Position numbers and translations under genes: made by a program. From positions 1 to 40,479 of IMG/VR virus record IMGVR_UViG_2791355073_000002: a stretch of 40,479 nucleotides of DNA; one strand, 5' to 3'. This document shows, in pieces, positions 32,789-40,479 of the stretch (its first letter is position 1; every line of letters starts with the position of its first letter). The notes beneath the pieces are model-generated. The model saw only the letters and a program-made list of their open reading frames with translations. It was not told the DNA's origin and searched no databases. This DNA is from a virus.

Positions 32789-34348
32789 CTAGAGGTAGCT
32801 CACTCCGTTGGAGTCGTCATCGTCGCCGGCGTCGTCCTTCCCGTACTCGAACCGGCGCAGCCCCTGCTCGGCCATGTACCACGCCGCGATGAGGTCGGGC
32901 GTGTGACCGGAGAGGCGGCCGTCGTCGAGCTCGAGTGAGAGCGCCGCCTGGATCCAGTCCTCGGTGGCGTCGTGGCCGCGGTAGAACTGGATGCCGCCGC
33001 TCTCGACGAGGTTCCGCAGCCGCGGGATGCCGTTCTCCCAGCTGTGCTTCTCGCCCGTCGTCGAGACCCCGGAGACCTTCGCGCGGAGCTCCGGCGAGAA
33101 CTCGATGGCGTCCTCGACGACGTACTGCTGCATCCCGTTGTCCTCGATGACGATCAGTGCGGGGTCGTACCGGCGGTCGTACTCCTGGAGGCGGGCCTTG
33201 ATCGTCGACGGCGACATCCCCTGCTCAGCGTGGGCGTCGAGGAGGACGCGCTCGCCGGACCGCCGGAGCAGCTGAACGACGAACGCCGCGTCGTCGCCGG
33301 TGGGGCTCTGCGCCGGGTCGTGGCCGACGACGATCGCCTCGCCGCTCCCGGCACGGTACTTCCGTGGCGGCTCGCGCCCCCGGATCGAGCAGCCGCCCTG
33401 GTCGACGTCGGCGTCGACGTCGCTGGACTGGATGAGGTTGCCCGACGCCCCGCGGATGACCATACAGAACTCCCGCCAAAACAGGTGCGGGCTCATCTGC
33501 TCGTACTTGTCGCGGAGGTACTGACCTCCGCGCGCCTCAGGCCAGAGCACGTGGACGGTATCGCCGCCCTCCGAGAGCGGGTTGTCGACCTCGGTGTACA
33601 ACTCTTCGGGCGGCCGGCGTACCTCCCAGTCGGCGTCGCTCCGAAACTCCTGGTCCCAGACCTCGAGGACGGCCGGGTACTCGGTGAAGTCGTACGCCTC
33701 GCGAGTGGCGATGTGTCGGTAGATGTCGTCGGGTGCCTTCCGCGTCCCGATGATCGCGGTCTTCCCCGAGTCCTTTACCATCGGTACGGTGACACCCTCA
33801 ATCCACGTGAGTATCTCGTCGGTGCCGCCGTCGCCGCGCTCCTTGATGACGTCGTCGAGGATCAGTAGGTGCGACCGGTCACCCTCGATGCCGCCGAACA
33901 GCCAGCCGGCGTACAGCATCGACCCGTTCTGGAACTCCTTGGCCTCCTTGGTGTCGCGGACGGGGCCCGAGTTGAGCGTAGTGAGCCACGGGTTCCGGTC
34001 GACCATCTTCCAGAACTCGGTGTCCGCCTTCTTGTGCGCCTGGCCCTGCGTGTTCGTAATCCAGTGGGCGCGGAAGCCGTCGATGTACTCGAGGCAGGCG
34101 ATAAGGTACCCGAGTGTGAACGTCGTCTTCAACGAGTCCCGGTGAGCGAGCATCCCAATGTTCTGGTCTGATTGGAACTGCTCCGCCCAGTGAACGTGGA
34201 CGTCGCCGATCGGGACGTGTGAGTCGCGCTCGCCCTCCATGTAGCCTGCTGTTAAGACGTTGAAGTACTGCTCCCACGTCGCAGTCTCGAACGGGTTGAG
34301 CATCCGCCGAACGTCATTCCGAGTGAGGTCCTCTGCTGCTACGCTCAT
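32789..34348 (-). CDS. terL: Terminase large subunit
   Basis: Variant Walker A LAHRDSLKTT, Walker B LLILDDV, IIGTRK coupling motif, nuclease VGHDPA...DDAA, PDLIAA. Confidence 0.93.
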   Translation of the reverse strand: MSVAAEDLTRNDVRRMLNPFETATWEQYFNVLTAGYMEGERDSHVPIGDVHVHWAEQFQSDQNIGMLAHRDSLKTTFTLGYLIACLEYIDGFRAHWITNTQGQAHKKADTEFWKMVDRNPWLTTLNSGPVRDTKEAKEFQNGSMLYAGWLFGGIEGDRSHLLILDDVIKERGDGGTDEILTWIEGVTVPMVKDSGKTAIIGTRKAPDDIYRHIATREAYDFTEYPAVLEVWDQEFRSDADWEVRRPPEELYTEVDNPLSEGGDTVHVLWPEARGGQYLRDKYEQMSPHLFWREFCMVIRGASGNLIQSSDVDADVDQGGCSIRGREPPRKYRAGSGEAIVVGHDPAQSPTGDDAAFVVQLLRRSGERVLLDAHAEQGMSPSTIKARLQEYDRRYDPALIVIEDNGMQQYVVEDAIEFSPELRAKVSGVSTTGEKHSWENGIPRLRNLVESGGIQFYRGHDATEDWIQAALSLELDDGRLSGHTPDLIAAWYMAEQGLRRFEYGKDDAGDDDDSNGVSYL

Positions 34349-34947
34349 AGGTCTGATCCCTCACTTACAGACAGGCCTCTCCGTATAGCCGCGAGTTCGT
34401 CGTCTCCGAGGGTGCGCTCGCCGTCGATTTTGCCCGAGTGTTCGACTTCTTGCTTCTCCGTTTTCTTGTACTCGTACGAGGTCGAGAGCATGTACTTCGC
34501 GAACGGGGCCTCGACGTCGCCGTCCGGGTCGCGGCCTTGGACGATATACAACGACTCGCCGTCGCCGCGCGCGCGCCTGAAGGCTCGGAAAAATTGTTTT
34601 TCGTCACCGTTCGCGTCTGTGAATGTAGGATCCGCGTCGAGCCAGTTACCGATTGTTCCATCGGCAACGCCGGCGTCCCTCTCACAGCCAGCTTTGCTCT
34701 TCCCTTCGCGGGCAGCTTCAATAGCAGCGCGAGCTCGCTGGTCAGTAAACTCAGACGGGCGGCCACGGTGCCCCACATCGTCGCCGTTGAGGATCGCCTT
34801 CGCGGAGGCCTCACCCAGCATGTGAACGTCGGCGAGCTCGTCGACGGTCGCGTCCTCAACATCGGCGACGGTGTCGAAGCCTGCCTCGCGCAGCTGCTCC
34901 GCTATCGCGTCGCCGACGCCGTCGATCTCGGTGAGGTCCTCAGTCAT
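34345..34947 (-). CDS. Putative terminase small subunit with N-terminal HhH domain
   Basis: ATGA-coupled to terL; GRPSEFT...GVADGTIGNWL HTH; KTEKQEVEHSG tail; N-terminal LTEIDGVGDAIAEQL HhH. Confidence 0.75.
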   Translation of the reverse strand: MTEDLTEIDGVGDAIAEQLREAGFDTVADVEDATVDELADVHMLGEASAKAILNGDDVGHRGRPSEFTDQRARAAIEAAREGKSKAGCERDAGVADGTIGNWLDADPTFTDANGDEKQFFRAFRRARGDGESLYIVQGRDPDGDVEAPFAKYMLSTSYEYKKTEKQEVEHSGKIDGERTLGDDELAAIRRGLSVSEGSDL

Positions 34948-35105
34948 GGTGTCGAACAGATCAGGCAGTCAGGGTCGTCGCACATCTCGCGGTGGCTCGG
35001 GATCTCGTCGGCGACGTCCTCGATACAGTCCATACATTTGTCCCGGTAGCGTCCGCCCGGGTTCGTCTCTTGGAGCTCCTCGCCGCAGCGGTCGCAGGTC
35101 GGCAT
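34944..35105 (-). CDS. Cys-rich microprotein (53 aa, MPTCDRCGEE...CMDC...HREMCDDPDCLIC)
   Basis: Hand translation; coupled overlaps at both ends. Confidence 0.75.
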   Translation of the reverse strand: MPTCDRCGEELQETNPGGRYRDKCMDCIEDVADEIPSHREMCDDPDCLICSTP

Positions 35106-35419
35106 CAGTTCTCGTCGTCGTTGACGCCGGCTTGGACCTCACGTGCCGCTTGGAGCAGCTGGAGATATTCACCGACCTCGACGCCGTTGTACCCGCCGAG
35201 GATGAGCAGCCCGAGGACGCCGAAGATGTTGGGATCACCGCCGAAGTAGAGTGATGCGAGGACGATCGCGATGACGCCAGTGTTGACGACGATCGCCCGG
35301 ATGATCTTCAGTTTCTTCAGCATCGGGTAGGACTCACTGTCGGAGGTCAGCGCCGTGCGGTACTCGTCGACAGCAGCGTCGGAATGGTACCACTTGCGGC
35401 CGGGTCGTGCGGTCGTCAT
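35105..35419 (-). CDS. Two-TM membrane protein (104 aa), holin-like candidate
   Basis: IIRAIVVNTGVIAIVLASLYF and IFGVLGLLILGGY helices. Confidence 0.8.
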   Translation of the reverse strand: MTTARPGRKWYHSDAAVDEYRTALTSDSESYPMLKKLKIIRAIVVNTGVIAIVLASLYFGGDPNIFGVLGLLILGGYNGVEVGEYLQLLQAAREVQAGVNDDEN

Positions 35420-35526
35420 GAGACATCCATCAGGGGGACGTGATCGCAGGGTCTCGCCGAAGCGAAGCTCGCGCCACACTCCGGGCACCGTCCGGCTCGG
35501 TCGGGGGTGGTAGTCTGGTCAGTCAT
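35416..35526 (-). CDS. Zinc-finger microprotein (36 aa, CPECG...CDH)
   Basis: Hand translation; ATGA overlap with next gene. Confidence 0.6.
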   Translation of the reverse strand: MTDQTTTPDRAGRCPECGASFASARPCDHVPLMDVS

Positions 35527-35528
35527 GG

Positions 35529-35690
35529 TCAGCGGTAGTCGCGGAGGTCCAGCGGGTTATCCATCGCGAGCCACGCCTGCGTACTCGACGGGTCGTAGAA
35601 CGCGAGCGGACTCGCCTCGCCCTCGGTCGTGACGACGGACACCGTGTCCGTGTCGAACTGGTGCGAGGCGATGGGGGCCTGGTACATCAT
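35529..35690 (-). CDS. Small hypothetical protein (53 aa, MMYQAPIASH...)
   Basis: ATG overlaps the TGA of the upstream broken gene; acidic. Confidence 0.6.
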   Translation of the reverse strand: MMYQAPIASHQFDTDTVSVVTTEGEASPLAFYDPSSTQAWLAMDNPLDLRDYR

Positions 35691-36122
35691 TCTCCGATTT
35701 TGCCGGCAAACTTCCGCGGGTCGATCGGGAAGACGCCAGTGACGCCGTCGTCGCTCACTCTGTGACACGTCGCGATGTCCGGCTCGTTCAGGCCGTCGAC
35801 CTCGCCGAGCTTCCGCGAGTTCCTCCGTGTCGGTCGCAGTCTGGAGCTGGTGGAGGATGTACCGTTCGCGTTCCGTGAGGTCGGACGGGTCGGGTTCCTC
35901 CGGAAGCGTGGTGTCTTCCTGGCCGCCCGGGTCGTCGGCACGCGACCAGATGTGCGTCGTCTCGTCGTAGTCGAGATCGACGCCCTTGTCCTCGACGTTC
36001 TCACGGTGATCGCGAACGCCGCGATTCGAGATCCCCATCTTGTCGGCGATCTCTTTCGAGGTCGCCGGGAGATAGCTGAGGAACTCGCGTTGCCGGTCGG
36101 TGAACTCTGGTGTATCGTCCAT
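35687..36122 (-). pseudogene. Frameshifted or internally deleted HTH-domain gene
   Basis: HTH N-terminus (LTERERYIL...TEELAE) in one frame; protein-like C-terminus (LGEVDGLNEPDIATCHRVSDDGVTGVFPIDP) in another; switch near 35805-35820. Confidence 0.65.
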
Positions 36123-36163
36123 CTGGAGTGGGTGCGGAGAGGTCTATCAGTGCGTCTCGAAGA

Positions 36164-36261
36164 GCTGTGCCGGGGATTGAACCCGGGACGAGGTAGCCGC
36201 GTAGTAGGCTTTGGTTTCGCCTACCCCATAGCGGCGCTCGTCACCCGACCACGGGCACAGC
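36164..36261 (-). ncRNA. tRNA-like four-way junction RNA with extended third arm
   Basis: GCTGTG/CACAGC stem, CCCG-TGGT-CGGG, long interrupted arm, CCGGG-TTCAATC-CCCGG T-arm. Confidence 0.55.
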
Positions 36262-36428
36262 AAGGCGGACGGACTTGTGGTTTGGAATGTCCACACAGCA
36301 TGGTACGCAGGATCCTCGTCGAAGGTCACGGTCTCGCGACGATCTTTGCCGTCCGCTCGTGTATCTCAGCACTCCCTCCGGCGCTGACCTGACCTCCGAG
36401 GAAAAGCGGAGATCACGCCGTCGGGAGA

Positions 36429-36500
36429 TGGATCGACTCGGATTCGAACCGAGGCACGCGACGGCTTCAGCGTCGTGCTCTCCCATTGAGCTATCGATCC
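36429..36500 (-). tRNA. tRNA-Phe (GAA), 72 nt, no encoded CCA
   Basis: GGATCGA/TCGATCC acceptor, GCTC/GAGC D stem, CGACG-CTGAAGC-CGTCG anticodon arm, CTCGG-TTCGAAT-CCGAG T arm, discriminator A. Confidence 0.93.
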
Positions 36501-36670
36501 AGCCGCTCGGCTTCAGACTCAGCTACTCGGTACTCGAGACCATCGACGTCGACCGTCAGAAACCCGTCAGGGCCGGAGACATCGCCGGCGGGCTCGAAGT
36601 CTGTCGCCGTGCCCTCAAGTTCTCGGCCGGCAAAGTCGAACGTCACGCGACCGTATCCAGTGGCGCTCAT
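36491..36670 (-). CDS. Small hypothetical protein (59 aa, MSATGYGRVTFDF...ERLDR), overlapping tRNA 5' end
   Basis: Hand translation; ATGA overlap with upstream gene; acidic. Confidence 0.7.
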   Translation of the reverse strand: MSATGYGRVTFDFAGRELEGTATDFEPAGDVSGPDGFLTVDVDGLEYRVAESEAERLDR

Positions 36671-37158
36671 GCGTGGGCCTCCCGCCGGGTGTCCTGTCCG
36701 GCGTCGCTCTGGTTGATCGACGCGACGATCGCCGCCTTGGTTGCCTCACCGAGACAGTCGTCGACGTGCTCGTCGTTGCGACGTCGTTCGAGAGCGCGCT
36801 CGGCGAGCGTCTGCCGGTGGAGGGTGACGCCCTTGTGTTCGAGCGTCCGGATCGTGGCCTGGACGAGCTCGCGGAAGCGCTCGTCGTCGACGTCGTCTTC
36901 GGCGTCGTTCCAGATGCGGTCGTACGGGCTCTCAGTCCCGCACCGCTCGCAGAACACGCCCTTCTCATCGCTGACCGACTTCGCCGGGCCGTAGCCGATC
37001 TCGGTGTGGTCGCGATGCCGCTCGTAGTGCGACTCGAACTCCCGGGTGAGCCCGCCACGCGTCGGGTCCTGCCGCTCGACACGGATGACTCTGTGACAGG
37101 AGTTACACACGTCCGATGCGTCGAGCAGGTGCTCGTGGTAAGCGGGTTGCTCAGTCAT
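36667..37158 (-). CDS. Hypothetical zinc-binding protein (163 aa)
   Basis: CNSC...CERCG. Confidence 0.82.
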   Translation of the reverse strand: MTEQPAYHEHLLDASDVCNSCHRVIRVERQDPTRGGLTREFESHYERHRDHTEIGYGPAKSVSDEKGVFCERCGTESPYDRIWNDAEDDVDDERFRELVQATIRTLEHKGVTLHRQTLAERALERRRNDEHVDDCLGEATKAAIVASINQSDAGQDTRREAHA

Positions 37159-37309
37159 GATGTACAGAAGGGTCCAGGGCGACCGTCTCTCCGGCCCTGT
37201 CGTACCGACCCCCGCGTGCGAGGCGTGGGGTCGCCCGTCGCCGGGCTGTCGTCACCCGTGTGTTGCTTGGCCACAGGCTTAAGTGGTCCATCGACCGCCA
37301 TTCTGTCGG

Positions 37310-37567
37310 TCACCCGTCGACCCTCCACTCGGACTGCGGCGGGTCGGTATGGCGCGGGGAACACGAGACGAGGTTCTCGTCGTGAAGCTGCCGGAGCGCT
37401 CGGAGGATCGACCGTTCGGGGCGCGCCATCCGGTGGGTGAGTTGGCGGAGGGTCCGCGGACCGTCGGCGTTGTAGAGCTCGAGGTAGACGAGCGATGCCG
37501 TCGGCGGGAGGTCGGCGAGGCGTTCCCTCGTTCGCCCGTCGAGGTCGCCGAGGGCAGCGTCACTCAT
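37310..37567 (-). CDS. Winged-HTH regulator (85 aa), possible late regulator
   Basis: LPPTASLVYLEL...RTLRQL...SILRALRQLHDENLV. Confidence 0.8.
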   Translation of the reverse strand: MSDAALGDLDGRTRERLADLPPTASLVYLELYNADGPRTLRQLTHRMARPERSILRALRQLHDENLVSCSPRHTDPPQSEWRVDG

Positions 37568-37886
37568 TGTCTGGCCTCCCGATATTTGGGAACTCGAAAG
37601 CTAGTGGACAAAGTTTCTTTTTTGTTGAATGAGATTTGTCAGTATGTCCAACCTCAGGCGAGTCAGTGACGTGGGATGTCGGGATATCCAGTTTGTAATC
37701 CAGATGTTCGGTACACTCGCTGTGAGTATCGGATTTCTGCTTGGTAGCTCCCTCTCGTGGCTTCTCGGCGGTGGATTGATTTGCCACGGTATTGCAATCT
37801 GTCTCCTCTCTCGGAGTTTCGAGCCCAGTAGGGTCGAAATCCAATATGACAGCGAGATACTGTCTTAGCGGGCTAGAACCCCTCAT
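37560..37886 (-). CDS. Low-GC hypothetical ORF (108 aa)
   Basis: Overlaps both neighbours but atypical composition. Confidence 0.4.
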   Translation of the reverse strand: MRGSSPLRQYLAVILDFDPTGLETPREETDCNTVANQSTAEKPREGATKQKSDTHSECTEHLDYKLDIPTSHVTDSPEVGHTDKSHSTKKKLCPLAFEFPNIGRPDNE

Positions 37887-38335
37887 CGACTTGCCCCCAC
37901 AGTCGCGCCTTCCTGTCTACTCCACGGGACCTCCTCGCCATCCTCGTCGACGAGCACCGCCACCGACTCGGCGTCGCGCTCGGCCGCCGCCTCCCGGCGC
38001 TCCGCCGGCGTCATCCCGGTCTGCGCGAGGCCCTCTCCGTGTTCTTCGAGGTAGGACTTCCGCTCGCGTATCGCACGCTCCACACGGTCGCGAGGCTCCC
38101 GCCCTTCTTTGTTCGCGAGCGCTCGTTCGACCGCGAGCCAGAACCCGCAGAGCTCGATTGTCTCCAGCCCGCGGATCCGAGCCAGTATCAGCTCGCCGCT
38201 GGTACCCTCGCCGTCGTCGACGGAGAGCTCCTCGACGAGGAACCGAGCCGGGCTCTCCCCGTACTGCCGTGAAGGCTCCGGGAACGGATTCGGCGTCGTG
38301 GCCGCCTGCTCGTTGTGTTGAGCGGTCGCCGGCAT
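37883..38335 (-). CDS. Hypothetical protein (150 aa)
   Basis: GGAGGG SD; follows mcm. Confidence 0.8.
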   Translation of the reverse strand: MPATAQHNEQAATTPNPFPEPSRQYGESPARFLVEELSVDDGEGTSGELILARIRGLETIELCGFWLAVERALANKEGREPRDRVERAIRERKSYLEEHGEGLAQTGMTPAERREAAAERDAESVAVLVDEDGEEVPWSRQEGATVGASR

Positions 38336-38337
38336 GG

Positions 38338-40458
38338 TCACGCCCTCCCGAGCCACTTGAGCGTCCCGTCCATCGGCTCGTACAGCGACCCGATCTTCTC
38401 CTTGATCTTCCGGAGCGTCTTCTCCGCGCGCTTCCGGTCGATCCCTTCTTCTTCAGCCGCGTCGAGGACGGCCTCGACAGACGTGCCGTTGGTCTCGCCG
38501 TCGTGGCACTGCTCTTCGACGAGGCCCTCGATCAGCGTGATGCGGTCACGTTGCGTCTTCGAGGTCCCGGACTCCCGGACATCGGCGTCGAACTCCCCGT
38601 CCTCGTTCATCCCGAAGTCCCGCATCGACCGCATCGTCAGCGAGAGAGCGGTCTTGAAGTGCCGCTCCTCGATGGTCTCGGAGCACTCCAGCTTCGCCGC
38701 CGCTTCGGCGAGCCGCAGCTGCGCTTCCAGGTCGCGCCACGTCGCCGGAACTGGCGCGTCCTCGCCCATGTGCTTGGTTTTGAAGTCGGAGAACTCGTCG
38801 GCGATCCGCTGTTCGAGCTCCTCGCTCGCGATGACGGGTGACGGTTGATCGGCGGCGAGGGCGAGCCACTTCCGAAGGAGTTCGCTCCGGACCGGCGGAT
38901 CGTACTTGTCCGTCTCGCCCGGCTCGATCGTCTCGGGGGCGACGTCGAGGCGCTTCTTGTGTTCGCGACGGCCGACGATGTCCCGGGCGACCTGTTTGAC
39001 CGTATCGACCTTGTCCGTCTCGGTCACCGTGAACCCAAGGTCGAACCGCGAGATGAGCGTCGAGCCGAGTTCGACCTGTTCGACGACCGGCTCGTACTCG
39101 TCGAACCGTCCGTACTTCGGATTTGCCGCCGCGATGACGCCGACTCGGGTCTGAAGCGTCGCGTTGATCCCCGCCTTCGAGACGTTGATCTTCCCGTTGG
39201 CCATCGGCTCCAGCATCGCCGACCGGACGTCCGGCGGCATGTCGTCGAGCTCGTCGATACGGACGATCCCGCCGTTCGCCTTCACGAACGCGCCCGCCTT
39301 CAGCGTCCACTCGCCGTCCGAGAAGTCGTCGCGAACGGCCGAGGCAGTGATCCCGGCTTCGCGGGCGCCCTTCCCGGAGACGCCGACCGCACGGGGTGCG
39401 TTCGACTCGGCCTGATTGATGAGCGCTGACTTCCCCGTCGACGGGTCGCCGACGAGAAGGACGCTGATGGAGCCGCGCTCGACGCTCCCGTCCTTGCCCT
39501 CGACCCAGTCACCCTGGACGATTGCGAGGACGATCGCCCGCTTCATGTGGTCGTACTGCTCGCCGAACACGCCGGGTGCGATCGAGTCCTTCGCGACCTC
39601 GAGCGGATTTCCCAGCTCGCCGTCGACGATCGCGTCGATCTCGTCACGCTCTTCGCGAGAAACCTCGACCGTCGTCTGGTCCGACTCTTGAACCTCGATG
39701 GCGTGGCCGGTGAGGTAGGGTTCGAACGTCGACTTCTTCTCGTTGCCACTTGTCCGCTGTTCGAGTTGAAGCTTCCCGGTGATCGTGACGCGATCTCCCG
39801 TGGTGACCTGGCCGGCGAGGTCGTCCTCGACGTAGATGTCGATCGTTTGGCCCTCGCCGCCTGCGACCTCCGGCGGCTCCGACAAGCGGATCTTCTGGGC
39901 GTCGATGAACTCGGACTGGTCGAAGTTGATGCGGAACGGTCCTTGCCGCTCACACCCCTCGCACTCGTGGGGCTCCTGGAAGCCACGGTCCGTCTCCGGG
40001 ATGTAGGTCATCGTCCCGCAGCGCTTACACTCGAACGCGGCATCGGTGACCTTCGGGTGGACATCACTCGCCGCGACGATCTCCCCCTCGACGCCGATGT
40101 ACGGCTCGTGGTTGTGGACCTTTGTCGGACTGAAGTGTCCGGGGTAGTGCCTGTGCTCGTCCGGGAGGTTCGACACGCGCACGTGAGCGCGGTCGAGAGA
40201 GACATCTGCCGGGAGGTCGTACTGGCGGAGCGCCTCCTCGAAGTACTCCCGCATCTGGTCCGGCTTGGCGAGGTAGTCCTCCGCGCTGTCGCGGTCGAAC
40301 TCGAAGAGCTCGTCGTAATCGATGACGAGTGACTTCTGGTCGTTCGGGTAGCGCTGGGCGAGCGTGCCGACTTCCTCTCGGTACCGCTCCCGGAGGAACC
40401 GGATCAGCGTCTCGGTCAGCGTCTCGTTCTCCTTGCGTCGGTCGTGGGTGGTGGACAT
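38338..40458 (-). CDS. mcm: MCM replicative helicase
   Basis: CKRC...CEGC zinc finger, LLVGDPSTGKS Walker A, IDELDDM Walker B, AAANP, SRFDL arginine finger, TWRDLE sensor II; no intein apparent. Confidence 0.96.
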   Translation of the reverse strand: MSTTHDRRKENETLTETLIRFLRERYREEVGTLAQRYPNDQKSLVIDYDELFEFDRDSAEDYLAKPDQMREYFEEALRQYDLPADVSLDRAHVRVSNLPDEHRHYPGHFSPTKVHNHEPYIGVEGEIVAASDVHPKVTDAAFECKRCGTMTYIPETDRGFQEPHECEGCERQGPFRINFDQSEFIDAQKIRLSEPPEVAGGEGQTIDIYVEDDLAGQVTTGDRVTITGKLQLEQRTSGNEKKSTFEPYLTGHAIEVQESDQTTVEVSREERDEIDAIVDGELGNPLEVAKDSIAPGVFGEQYDHMKRAIVLAIVQGDWVEGKDGSVERGSISVLLVGDPSTGKSALINQAESNAPRAVGVSGKGAREAGITASAVRDDFSDGEWTLKAGAFVKANGGIVRIDELDDMPPDVRSAMLEPMANGKINVSKAGINATLQTRVGVIAAANPKYGRFDEYEPVVEQVELGSTLISRFDLGFTVTETDKVDTVKQVARDIVGRREHKKRLDVAPETIEPGETDKYDPPVRSELLRKWLALAADQPSPVIASEELEQRIADEFSDFKTKHMGEDAPVPATWRDLEAQLRLAEAAAKLECSETIEERHFKTALSLTMRSMRDFGMNEDGEFDADVRESGTSKTQRDRITLIEGLVEEQCHDGETNGTSVEAVLDAAEEEGIDRKRAEKTLRKIKEKIGSLYEPMDGTLKWLGRA

Positions 40459-40479
40459 CGTGCGGTCTTTTTCCCGAGA

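Larger units (their letters stand above)
1..40479. mobile_element. Haloarchaeal temperate tailed virus/provirus (siphovirus-like); boundaries probably outside the window
   Basis: Integrase, repressors, terminase, portal, prohead protease, HK97-type capsid, neck, tail tube, chaperone, tape measure, tail tip and MCM genes in canonical order; acidic proteome; no sheath gene; no att repeat seen. Confidence 0.95.

Noticed and set aside
35529-36122. 197-aa intact HTH protein
   Set aside because: Middle is Arg-rich off-frame sequence; better explained as a broken gene plus a separate 53-aa ORF
36147-36486. Short ORFs across the tRNA and tRNA-like region
   Set aside because: Not acidic, no coupling, and they overlap structured RNA elements
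36429-36500. tRNA as integration (att) site
   Set aside because: Full-length, internal to the late region, far from the integrase, and no duplicated 3' half seen in the window
38338-40458. Inteins in MCM or terminase
   Set aside because: Lengths are normal and no intein splice or LAGLIDADG motifs interrupt the conserved boxes

Overview
The whole 40.5-kb window looks like a temperate, tailed (siphovirus-like, HK97-fold) haloarchaeal virus or provirus. It has high GC, very acidic proteins and tightly coupled ATGA/GTGA gene overlaps; no host housekeeping genes or att sites are recognisable. Left to right: tyrosine integrase (+); a leftward early operon with a divergent wHTH repressor (5.2 kb); a Cdc6/Orc1 initiator; a second leftward operon with a second divergent wHTH repressor (11.7 kb); a low-GC cassette (tail-anchored Ig-like protein, signal-less S8 subtilase, separately encoded I9/propeptide-like protein); the minus-strand tail, head and packaging module; a tRNA-Phe(GAA) plus a tRNA-like RNA; and an MCM helicase. 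Most interesting: (1) the subtilase split from its propeptide-like partner, a possible protease/inhibitor defence or addiction module; (2) a four-way-junction tRNA mimic beside a virus-type tRNA-Phe that overlaps a CDS; (3) a GGGAAAC -1 frameshift in the tail chaperone; (4) a portal-KTSC fusion; (5) Cdc6 with ORB-like boxes alongside MCM. All calls rest on visual motif recognition. No searches or folding were run, and many start codons were re-assigned by hand from the ORF track.
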